From assembly GCA_038087875.1 (NCBI GenBank), contig JAXLNO010000061.1, positions 1 to 64,000 of the forward strand: DNA of 64,000 bases, in the 5' to 3' direction. Positions 12,502 through 23,718 of this stretch are shown piece after piece. The position numbers and the translations under genes were made by a program. The notes under the pieces were generated by a model that was not told the DNA's origin, searched no databases, and saw only the letters and a list, made by a program, of their open reading frames with translations. The first letter of the stretch is position 1, and the number at the start of each line of letters is the position of its first letter. The DNA comes from Malacoraja senta (taxonomy: Eukaryota).

Positions 12502-13891
12502 TGTTAAAGTTAGTGAGACATGATGAGTAGAATAATAATTCAAAGAGTCAAAGGTCTCGTTGAACAAACTTTTACTAAGTCACCCAGGTGAAGTAGGACA
12601 CGGCCAGGAGTGTGCACTTGTTGTTGTTGTTGTATTGTATTCAATTTATTGTCATTATCTCATAAGAGACAACGAAATGGATTTTTCTTACAGTCATGTA
12701 ACATAAAAATAAATAATAAATAAATAAATAATAGAAAAAGCACAAACACAGACGTCCACGACACAACATAACCCCACAGCGGCACCAAAGTTAAGGAAGG
12801 TACCATAGTCCAGCCAGCCTCCCCTCTGATCTTCCCAGATGTTCACCCGTGTTCGGGGCCTCCCGAGCACCTGCAGTCACCGCCAGGGGCAGCCCGATGA
12901 TCAGGCCCTCTCGCTGGGAACGATCGAACCCCGACGCCGATCCCCGACGGAGAACATCCTCAGCGGCCCGGACCTCCAAATCAGCCACCTCCCACCGGAG
13001 TCCGTGGCTCCTGAAGTCCACAGGCCGAGCCGGGTGGAGTCGCAGGACTCCGCGATGTTGGTCAGCGCCGCCCGCGTTGGGAGCTCCGCGAACCACAGCT
13101 CCGCGATGTCGGTGCAGCAGGCCCAGCACTCCGGAGCTCCAAACGGCGATCCCCGGTAAGGCATCGCCTGCCCCGCAATGTATCCAACGCTGCGCCACTG
13201 CTGCTGGAGCTCTGGTCGGTCCCGGCAGGAACGGGGGGGGGGGAGGGGGGGGGGCGAGGACGCGACTCGAATAATAGTCGCATCCTTTTCAGGAAGCGAC
13301 TGAAGGACGGTATCCCCCTTACCATACCCTCTTCCCCCCACATAAAGACAAAAAACCCCACAAAACTACAAAAACGCTCTTCAAACATAACAAAAAATAC
13401 AAAAAGATACCAGACTGAAGGCGGAGGCAGCTAGCAACAGCGCCACTAAGATGCACACTCGCAAGCTGCTACAACTCTACTGACTATACAGAGAAATTAC
13501 AAGTATCCTTATACTGATAAAACAACATTAGTCACATGGTTAGTAGACATAAGTGAACAAAGGGCTCAGTTACATGCAATGAAACCATTCAAACTAACAT
13601 TAAAGAGATATGGGAGTATAGAGATACATGGTCCAGCTGCATAGGCAAGAAAACTATTGTATTCATTGCAACCTATAGACAGAACACTGATATGGCAAAG
13701 AAACGATATGCTAGGGAACGGCCATTATCTCTGTTCCCTTTAGTTAGTGAAGGTCATGTTCACAAGCTTCTGCAGACTTACAGAATAGTCAATCTTTAAA
13801 TTTAACGAGCATTCTATTCACAAAATGGAGGTTGCAGCTAACATGACTAAAATAGCTAAATAAGATGGCGGGGACGGTGCTAGCTCTTACA
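12502..13891 (-). mobile_element. ERV 3' LTR (interrupted by an insertion at ~12619-13452)
   Basis: On the minus strand the polypurine tract aaaagggggggaa (13903-13892) precedes TGTAAGAG at 13891, and the LTR ends ..TTTAACA at 12502. TATA-like and AGTAAA signals lie inside. Confidence 0.75.
12619..13452 (-). mobile_element. Non-autonomous GC-rich retroelement inserted in the LTR
   Basis: 3' end catttcgttgtctc..atgacaataaa plus a (caa)n tail. 5' end tagtggcgctg..gccttcagtctg. tgcac occurs on both flanks. Confidence 0.7.
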
Positions 13892-13925
13892 TTCCCCCCT
13901 TTTGATTAGAACGAATCAATATATA

Positions 13926-15182
13926 TCAAATGATGCAGTTGGGAGCAAAGCATTTGCAACTACATGGTGCTAGGTAATAAAGTAGCAAGGCAATGACTAT
14001 AAGTACTAAAATAATGATTCCATAGTGCCACACCAGACCCCAAATATAGCCCCATTCATCAAACCAACTCCACATTCTTTGGTTATGATCGCTAATCAGA
14101 TTTCCCCCCACACCCTGGATCTCAGCTATCTCCTTCTTGATATGGGCTGCCAGATCAGTTATATTGGAGGACTCATCAGGAATATACGGACAGCAGTCTT
14201 GCCCAATGATAGCACAGGTGCCTCCCTTCTCGGCCAGAATGAAATCTAAGGCTATTCGATTCTGTAGCACCACTATCCTCATAGCAACCATTTCGGCTGA
14301 CAGTGCCCCAATCTGGGCCTGCGTTTCCGTCAGGACAACTACTGTTTTATTAACTAATTCCTCCAATAGCCCAGAAAGGCGGTCAACCTTAAATGCATTC
14401 TGATTTGTTCCATACCAGGGGAGCATAGTCATGCCAATATTCTCAACTGGTGATAGGTGCCGCTTTAGCCGAGATCCAGATGCAAGGTTTACAAGTGTGG
14501 GTTGGTCAGTTATTCGTTTAAAATGGCGCATTGCAGGAACAACATAAGCCAAATAACAGCACCCTGTCCAATAATGGGGGCCATATTCTTGTCTTGTCCA
14601 ATTCTCATCAGTAGGTGGCATCCCTGGTAACCATGGATAGGCCCATGATCCACATATAAAATATGTGTCGTTGACAGGTCGGGGTGGGCCGGAGGTGGCA
14701 CTAGTGTCCATAATAAGGCATGAGCTTTTTCCCAGGAAAACCCCTGTACCTTGGTGATAACAATGACAGGTGGCATTGCATGGCCTCTGGGAGACCTCCA
14801 TTACCTTTAGTCGTGGGAGTTGGGCCCCATCTGTCACATGGATTTTCCAATCTGACTTAAAAGGAGGGATGTACCAACCCTGAAAGTCGTTGTACCTTGG
14901 GGAACCATCCCTGTTACTTTGACATTTGGTTCTATTAGTGGAGGAGGAAAAACACAGTAGGGCGTACTTCTCAATAATATTCAGAGGGATAGGTACCATG
15001 GGGATTGCCCCCTTCCCATGACGTGGCATCGCTGCACAAACCCAGCAGGACTGGTCCGCAGGGGTAAAACGTTGTGCATATGCATGGACTGCCTTATGAT
15101 ACACATTTTTTTTCCATGGTTCAATAGTCGTAATTAAGGACCCAATGATAATGAATATTGTCCAGAACGGGACCATGGCCAA
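13926..15182 (-). CDS. env: Endogenous retrovirus envelope glycoprotein (gamma-type Env), intact 418-aa ORF
   Basis: Signal peptide, SU CWVC motif, furin site RLKR, fusion peptide, ISD LQNRIALDFILAEKGGTC, CX6CC (CAIIGQDCC), TM helix and short Cys-rich tail. No stops. Confidence 0.93.
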   Translation of the reverse strand: MAMVPFWTIFIIIGSLITTIEPWKKNVYHKAVHAYAQRFTPADQSCWVCAAMPRHGKGAIPMVPIPLNIIEKYALLCFSSSTNRTKCQSNRDGSPRYNDFQGWYIPPFKSDWKIHVTDGAQLPRLKVMEVSQRPCNATCHCYHQGTGVFLGKSSCLIMDTSATSGPPRPVNDTYFICGSWAYPWLPGMPPTDENWTRQEYGPHYWTGCCYLAYVVPAMRHFKRITDQPTLVNLASGSRLKRHLSPVENIGMTMLPWYGTNQNAFKVDRLSGLLEELVNKTVVVLTETQAQIGALSAEMVAMRIVVLQNRIALDFILAEKGGTCAIIGQDCCPYIPDESSNITDLAAHIKKEIAEIQGVGGNLISDHNQRMWSWFDEWGYIWGLVWHYGIIILVLIVIALLLYYLAPCSCKCFAPNCII

Positions 15183-15188
15183 AGGCCT

Positions 15189-16200
15189 TTATTCACGGCC
15201 CGGTGCAGCTGTCTTTTTGCAGTCAGAGTGATGCACCCACCAAGGGTGTCCTTCTACCTTAGCCGCTGTAGGAGTAGTGAGAAGTACAAGGTATGGACCT
15301 CTCCAGCGATTGCCCAGTCTCTTCCGATCCCAGTTGCGTATCAGCAGGTAATCGCCAGCTTGTAGCAGTCCCTCTTTAGGTGGTTCGTTCAAGGACCACT
15401 GCGTCTCTCGTACCTGTGAATGTAAAACTGACAAAGAATCCGTTAGCAATTGCATGTATGTCAACAACCGTTCATCCAGGGCATGGAGATCAAAGGTGGT
15501 TTCTGCAACTTCTTCAGACCCCCAGGGAGTTCTGAGGGGCCTCCCGTACACTATTTCAGCAGGGGTCAATTGAGTAGAAGAATGTGGTGTAATGCGCATA
15601 GCGAATAGGGCCATAGGCAAAACCTGTACCCAATTCAGTTTTGTCTCTTCAGTTAATTTAGCAAGCTTCCTTTTTAAAGTTCCATTAGCTCGTTCCACAA
15701 TCCCAGCAGCCTGTGGATGGTGTACACAATGGAACTGTTGCCGAATATTCAACATTTCCTTATTAACTTTAGCTGAGAAATGTGGTCCGTTATCCGAGCT
15801 GATAACAGTAGGAAGTCTAAATCGAGGCATAATTTCACGGAGCAAAACAGCAACAGTGGACTGTGCTGTTGCGTTAGCAGTAGGAATGGCTTCAATCCAT
15901 CGACTGAAAAGGTCAACCATAACCAAACAGTGTTTGTAATGATTGACTCTAGGTAGGTCAATAAAATCAATTTGGATGTCCAGAAAAGGCCGATGTGGTA
16001 TAGGCATATGGCCTGGTTCTACCTGCACAGGTTTTCCAGGGTTGTGTCTCTGGCAAACCTGGCATTGGGAAACAATTTGTAAAATTTCTTTTGTCAGCCG
16101 CGGATGCCACCATGTGGCTTTACAATTTTCTAACATTTCCCCTTCTCATTATGTGTAAGGGAATGAACATAATGTAAATGTAATAAGATAGGCAGTAAAA
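15189..16200 (-). pseudogene. pol: ERV integrase (pol 3' end)
   Basis: CQVC zinc motif, DFIDL, SSDNGPHF, GIVERANGTLK, and WRGPY. The HxxxH part (HSLTH, ~16150-16170) is out of frame with ORF 15189..16136. Confidence 0.9.
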
Positions 16201-16269
16201 CATGGTAGGTTAAGCAATCCATTTAATAAAGACATCTACAATAACTAAAATATATTTATAAAACTGACA

Positions 16270-17628
16270 GTGCCCAAGAAGAGTAAGGTGACTATCGACC
16301 TGTGGCACTAATGCCTGTGGTGATGAAGTGCTTTGAGAGGTTGATCATGACGCAGATCAACACCTACCGCGACAAAAACCTGGACCCACTGCAGTTCGCT
16401 TACCGCCGCAACAGATCAACGGTGGATGCGATCTCGCTGGCCCTCCACTCCGCTCTGGACCACTTGGACAACAAAAACTCATATGTCAGGCTGTTATTCA
16501 TCGATTACAGCTCGGCATTTAATACAATCATCCCCTCCAAGCTGGTTACCAAACTCGCAGAACTGGGTCTCTGCGCATCCCTCTGCAATTGGATCCTCGA
16601 CTTCCTCACTCTCAGACCAGTCTATTCGTATTGGTGGAAATGTGTCAGACTCGATAACAATCAGCACGGGAGCACCTCAAGGCTCCGTGCTCAGCCCCCT
16701 GCTGTACTCACTCTATACTCATGACTGCCTAGCCGGACATAGTGCGAACTCCATCATCAAGTTCGCTGACGACACCACTGTTGTGGGACGTATCACTGAT
16801 GGGGATGAGTCAGAGTATAGAAGAGAGATCGAGCAACTGTCCATATGGTGCCAGCACAATAACCTGGCCCTCAACACCAGCAAAACCAAGGAACTGATTG
16901 TGGACTTTGGTAGGAGTAGGATGGGGACCCACAGTCCCATTTATATCAATGGGTCGATGGTTGAAAGGGTCAAGAGCTTCAAATTCCTGGGCGTGCACAT
17001 CTCTGAAGATCTTTCCTGGTCCGAGAACACTGATGCCATTATTAAGAAAGCACATCAGCGCCTCTACTTCCTGAGAAGATTTCGGAGAGTCGGTTTGTCA
17101 AGGAGGACTCTCTCTAACTTCTACAGGTGCACAGTAGAGAGCATGCTGACCGGTTGCATCGTGGCTTGGTTCGGCAACTTGAGCGCCCTGGAGAGGAAAA
17201 GACTACAAAAAGTAGTAAACACTGCCCAGTCCATCATCGGCTCTGACCTCCCTTCCATCGAGCGGATCTATCACAGTCGCTGCCTCAAAAAGGCTGGCAG
17301 TATCATCAAGAACCCACACCATCCTGGCCACACACTCATCTCCCTACTACCTTCAGGTAGAAGGTACAGGAGCCTGAAGACTGCAACGACCAGGTTCAGG
17401 AATATCTACTTCCCCACAGCCATCAGGCTATTAAACCTGGCTCGGAAATAACACTGAACTTTATTAGCCAATACTGTTATTTGCACTTTATCCGTATATT
17501 GATTCATGTGTGTATATATTTATAGAATGCCTTGTAGTCAATGCCTACTATGTTCTGTTGTGCTGAAGCAAAGCAAGAATTTCATTGTCTTATCAGGGAC
17601 ACATGACAATAAACTCACTTGGACTTGA
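16270..17628 (+). mobile_element. Rex1/Babar LINE, 5'-truncated, inserted in ERV pol
   Basis: YRPVALMPVVMKCFERL, LFIDYSSAFNTI, GAPQGSVLSPLL, KFADD. 3' tail aagaatttcattgtc..gacaataaa plus cttgga/cttgaa. Frameshift near 16610. Confidence 0.9.
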
Positions 17629-18420
17629 ACATCTTGGATGGTAGGCATTGATTTTTCTGAGGGAGACTTGTCTTTCTCTATGCTTTTAGTCAGCCTCATC
17701 ATTTTAGGTACCACTACCCCGCACCCTTGGGACATTTCCTTAGCTTCTGGGTAATTTATTTCGGCAACATAAGGGGTAGTAACAGGTCTGATATTAATTG
17801 CTGGTGAGAAATCTGTGTTCCTGCTGGTCAAGAATCCCCTGTTTTTCCACAACTGACCAAAGTCACAGATCACTCCAAAAGCATATCTGAAGTCAGTATA
17901 AACGTTGATTCCCAAGTCCTTCCCTTAGTTGCATGCCCTTATGAAGGTGAACAGTTCCGCTTGTTTGGTAGAGAATAAAATGATGAATGATGTTTCAGAG
18001 GCTGCCGTCTCCACATTATTGCCATCCTGATCTATAATTACGTATCCTGAAAGTCTTTCACCTAGAGATCCAATTGATGCACTCCCATCTATATACATAG
18101 TTAAGGCAGGGTTTGTCATGGGAATATCTGTCAAATCTTTCCGAACACAAGTGTGTTCTTTAATCACTAATGGGCAGTCGTGCCCTGACTCAGCTTGATC
18201 CTCTGGTGATCTGACGAGAAAGGATGCCGGATTGATGGTGGTGCAATACTTAAATTGCAAGCTTGCCTGCTGCTTCAGCAGGTACTGTCATATAGAGGGC
18301 AGTGTTAACTTTTCGGGGGAGCTACTTGGATGGGGTTAATCTGAATCATCCTACCTTAGGTATTCTGCCCACACCTGTGGGTTCACATACTCTGTTACCT
18401 CACTCCCCAGATGATGTTGC
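17629..18420 (-). pseudogene. pol: ERV pol remnant: RNase H present, RT core deleted
   Basis: MYIDGSA..QAELF..INVYTDFRYAFGV..LWKNRGFLT (RNase H). The RT start (LPSI*QYLLKQQA) is fused directly to the tether end (LQFKYCTTINPASFL) near 18262. Confidence 0.75.
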
Positions 18421-20899
18421 AGCTGTGTAGTAACCCACCTTGGTCACTGATAAAATTGAACAGTGCAGTTATTAGACAGTTCTTGTTCCTGGCTCGTGTT
18501 TGGATTCGCCAGACCAATCGCTTGCTCAACCATAACTCCCAAATTCTTTGCATTAGATGGGAGGTTCACTTTATTTGTTATATGCACGGCAACCTCATAG
18601 TCCTGCTTCCACAATTCCAAAGGCACCTCAGATCAATAGGTTTTAGTATGGTGATAGTAAGGGCAGTAAGGATTGCTTCCCCTCTGGCTTCATTCTGAGC
18701 ATGTTAATTAATCAACACTTCATGGGTTCGGAACCCCAAGTTAGCTAGGAATCTTGCATGTTCTACTGGGGTTAGAACTTGTGGTATAGGTTGGCTCTTT
18801 TTAATCTTACTCCTGGAACTGGGAATGACACCAAACTGGTGCTGTCAGAGTCCGGGAACTCTGCCAGTGCTGCTGCAGTGGACGCAGGTGGTGCTGCAAG
18901 AGCTGCAAACTCCATATTACCGTTGGTTAACCATATAACCATCACAGCATGGAAACAGGCCATCTCGGCCCTTCAAGTCCATGCCGAACATTTTTTTATT
19001 AAAAAAAATAATAATAATACTTCCCCCTAGTCCCATCTACCTGCACTCAGACCATAACCCTCCATTCCTTTCCCGTCCATATACCCATCCAATCTATTTT
19101 TAAAGGATAAAATCGAACCAGCCTCCACCACTTCCACTGGAAGCTCATTCCACACAGCTACCACTCTCTGAGTAAAGAAGTTCCCCCTAATGTTACCCCT
19201 AAACTTCTGTCCCTTTATTCTCACGTCATGTCCCCTTGTTTGAATCTTCCTACTCTCAATGGAAAAAGCTTATCCACGTCAACTCTGTCTAACCTGCTCA
19301 TAATTTTAAAGACCTCTATCAAGGCCCCTCTTAACCTTCTGCGCTCCAAAGAATAAAGACCTAACTTGTTCAACCTTTCTCTGTAACTTAGTTGCTGAAA
19401 CCCAGGCAACATTCTAGTAAATCTCTGTACTCTCTCTATTTTGTTGATATCCTTCCTATAATTAGGCGACCAAAATTGTACTCCATACTCCAGAATTGGC
19501 CTCACCAATGCCTTGTACAATTTTAACATTACATCCCAACTTCTATATTCAATGCTCTGATTTATAAAGGCCAGCACACCAAAAGCTTTCTTTACCACCC
19601 TATCTACATGAGATTTCACCTTCAGGGAACTATGTACAGTTATTCGTAGATCCCTCTGTTCAACTGCATTCCTCAATTCTCTACCATTTACCATTTACGT
19701 CCTATTTTGATTTGTCCTGCCGTGATGTAGTACCTCACATTTATCAGCATTAAACTCCATCTGCCATCTTTCAGCCCACTCTTCCAAATGGCCTAAATCT
19801 CTCTGTAGACTTTGAAAATCTACTTCATTATCCACCACACCACCTATCTTAGTATCATCTGCATACTTACTAATCCAATTTCCCACACCATCATCCAGAT
19901 CATTGATGTACATGACAAACAACAGTGGACCCAACACAGACCCTTGAGGCACCCCACTAGTCACCAGCCTCCAACCTGACAAACAGCCATCCACCATTAC
20001 TCTCTGGCATCTCCCATTCAGCCACTGTTGAATCCATCTTGCTACTCCACCATTAATACCCAACAATTTAATCTTCTTAACCAACCTTCCATGAGGAACC
20101 TTGTCAAAGGCCTTACTGAAGTCCATATAGACAACACCCACTGCTTTACCCTCATCAATTTCCCTAGTAACCTCTTCGAAAAATTCTAGAAGATTAGTCA
20201 AACATGACCTTCCAGGCACAAATCCATGTTGACTGTTCCTAATCAGACCCTGCTTATCCAGATGCTTATATATATTATCTCTAAGTATCCTTTCCATTAA
20301 TTTGCCCACAACTGACGTCATACTAACAGGTCTATAATAGTAAGATTAAACGAGAACTTACCAAGTTTGAAGTTTGATCTTTATTTTATGAGGAGTAACG
20401 TTGAGGGATTACGTGAAGAAGCCCCGTCCAGCCGCACACGCGTCAATCTTTCAAAGCAGCGGAGTGACAATCACAGACGATAATTACTGAAGTATGATAG
20501 TAAGATGCATAAAGACTTAGAACTACCAGCTTGATCTTTTATGAGGGTGGGAGCGGAGGGCATGTAATCCCTCAACGTTACTCCTCATAAAATAAAGATC
20601 AAACTTCAAACTTGGTAAGTTCTCGTTTAATCTTACTATTTTACTTCGGAGTCACGTGAGTGACTACGTGAAGATTTCAAAGCTCTGTGATTTCACACCG
20701 TGGATTCAAATCCAGGTGTTCACTGCATCGATTGACTCTATTTGAGTAAGCACAATCAACAATGCATAACCACAACATATGAATGTAATCAGTTAATGGT
20801 TTTATTTATTTTAATAAAAATAACTAAAATTAGGCCCATTTATAATGGGGGATTTAATACTGTATCCAGCACGGCATCACCAAACCCTCTGAGATCTTT

Positions 20900-21782
20900 A
20901 ATCTCCTTGTGGTAATACTTGTGAAACATCTATTCACTTGCCCATCCTGCGGCCGCGAGAATAAGGTCTATTGGCACGCTGAATCACTGGCCGCTGATGT
21001 TGATGCCGCCCTCGTGGAATGAGATTTAAATTTATCAGTATCAATACCTGAAAATCTCAACACCTGTTTCAACCATCGTGAAATTGTTTGTGTTGATACT
21101 TTCTTATGAGGCTTTTTATGACTAATAAAAAATGCCAATTCGGCTCCTCTTAAAACTTTTGTTGTTTCTATGTAACATTTCACATATGTTACTACACACA
21201 GTCGTGAATCTGTAGGTAATGCTAAAAATTCCAACTTGCATCCTGTGGACCCAGGTCTACTTTGCTTCAGTAAATCATAGACATAGAATGTCACGGCATT
21301 TTGCCCTACTTTCATTCTATCAATTCTGTGTTTCTGTAATGTTTGAACTCTCTGTGCTGAAACTAATGCCATGAGCATAACCAATTTCATGGTAATTTTG
21401 GATAATGACAGGGTTTCAACAGGATTCCAACTCCTTAGGAACATCAGTACATCTTTTACATTCCAAATTTCTGTATACCTGGGTCTGGGAGGATTAGAGT
21501 TGAAATTCCTTTCATAAACCTATAGACCCAAGGATGTTCTCCAATTGGAGTTTGTTCTGATTCACTGCTTAAATATGCAGAGAGTGCACTTCGTGCAGTA
21601 TTAATTGCACTATAACTTAATTTCAATTCATAGTGTAGAGTTGAAAGAAACTCTATTACATCTGAAATTTCTACTGTGTTATATGCAATATTCTTTCCTG
21701 AACAAAACACCTCCCATTTCTTTATATAGGAAATGTACTGCTTCTGGGTACTATTCCTCCAGGCTGCTGTCATAACCTCCAC
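20900..21782 (-). pseudogene. DIRS tyrosine recombinase (frameshifted)
   Basis: SYSAINTARSALS, LMALVSAQRVQTL, LKQSRPG, SHSTRAASTS. Confidence 0.85.
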
Positions 21783-21895
21783 CGTACGGTCTGATAATCC
21801 TTTCCCAAGATATGCCTTCTTAGAATCTGCAAATCAACAAACCAATACGATTATGTAAAGGATGTGATTCATTAGTCACAGGGTGTACAAGCAGT

Positions 21896-23718
21896 TTAAT
21901 CTGCTTTGGAATAACCATAAGGGGGTTTTTGATCATTTTTAACACCAGTGGGTACCATACCTGTGTAGGCCAATCTGGTACTACCAAAATCCCTGAGGCT
22001 TGAATCTTGTTTAATTTTCTGTATGCATTTGTGGATTAAACAAAATGGTGGAAATGCATACAGAAACATACCACCCCAATGTAGCGAGAAAACATCCACC
22101 ACTACTGCTCCAGGATCAGGTTCCCATGACACATACTTAGTCAACTGGTGGTTCAATCTTGATGCAACCAGATCACTTTCTGGCATTCCAAATTGTGTGA
22201 TAATTTGTGTGAATATTTTCCGATTTAACATCCATTCTGTATTATCATTAAATTTACGTGATCTTTTGTCTGCAATTGTATTAATTTTTACCTAATAAAT
22301 ATATTGCTGACAGCCAAATTTTTCTGGCAATACCCCAGGTCCAAATTACATTTGCCAATTTATCACATGATTCTGATTTTATACCACCCATGTGATTTAT
22401 GTATGCTACAGCTGTAGTATTGTTAACCTGTACCTGAACATGCACATTTCCCATATCAGTGCAATAAGCTCTAAGGCCGTAAAATGCGCCTAATAGCTCT
22501 AGATAATTGATTCCCAGATTTTCCAGCAAAGGTACTTCATTCACATTCCACCTACCTCCACAGCTGGAAATCATGTTAGTAGCGCCCCAACTCAGCACAC
22601 TCTGTAGAGTGACGGAAGGTGTTTCTACCAGAACTTTTCTGGAAGCATTAGAAACATTGTTAATCCACCATTCTATTTCTGTAATGGATTGAATTGTTAA
22701 TTTCATGGGCCTATCAAAATGCCCTCTATTCATTTCTAACGCTTGTACCTTAGCTCTCTGTAAACATTGATAATGCAATGGTCCAAACGTGACCGCTGGA
22801 AACCCTGCAATTAATTTGCCTAGCAAACTTGCCACTTCTCTAATTGAAGGTGTGTCCTCGTTAATGAGTTTTATGCAACCTTCAATTAACTGCAGCTTTT
22901 TATCTTTTAGCAAAGTGATTACCATGTGTTCGGAGTTAATTGTGAACCCTAGGTAATCAATCTTTTTGCTTGGTAACAATTTAGATTTTTGTAGGTGAAT
23001 AATGAAACCTAATTTCTCAAAATGTATTTGACTCTGGATACTGACAATTTTGCAGCAGCCAAAGTGTCCCCTACAATGAGGATATCATCTAAATAAGCCA
23101 TTAATACATGGCCCTCAGCTCTTAACAGAGCTAAAATTTGGTTTGAGCAATTTAGTGAATAATCTTGGTGCTGAAATCAGACCAAGCAGAATAATATGCA
23201 TTTTGCAGATCTATGCTTGCCTTATAGCAATTCTTTGTGACTAGCTAAATGGCATTAGTAAATGTTTCCATTTTGAAATGTTTCTATTGTACATAAAGGT
23301 TAAGATTTGTCAGATCGGAAATGATTCTATATCCACCATCCCATTTCTAGGAGAATATTCCTAGGAGAATATTTGACACAAACTGATGGTGTTGTTCTCC
23401 TGACATTTATATCATCCTTTTCTGCATAAAGTTTTTCAATTCTCCTTTGATCAACCCATTCTCTTCCTTTGATAAAATCCGTGACCAGTTTGAATGATGC
23501 TGAATTGGAGGATCCAAACGTGGAGAGAACTCAATTTTGAATCCTACAATGCTACATAGAATAAATGAATCATTTGTTATTGATTGCCATTCTTTTAGGA
23601 AGAATCGTAACCTTCCCCCTATTTGTGAGTGTGAAACATTTGTTGTGTTTCTTACCAGACCAAGCCCCCTAACCTCGGGGTTTGCCACCGGCAGTTGTTG
23701 TCCCCTTCTAGTAGGCAC
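21896..23718 (-). pseudogene. DIRS RT / RNase H / methyltransferase-like ORF (broken)
   Basis: IGGRLRFFLKEW, YLDDI remnant near 23090, INYLELL..NNTTAVAYINHMGG, DLVASRLNHQL..YAFPPF. Confidence 0.85.
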
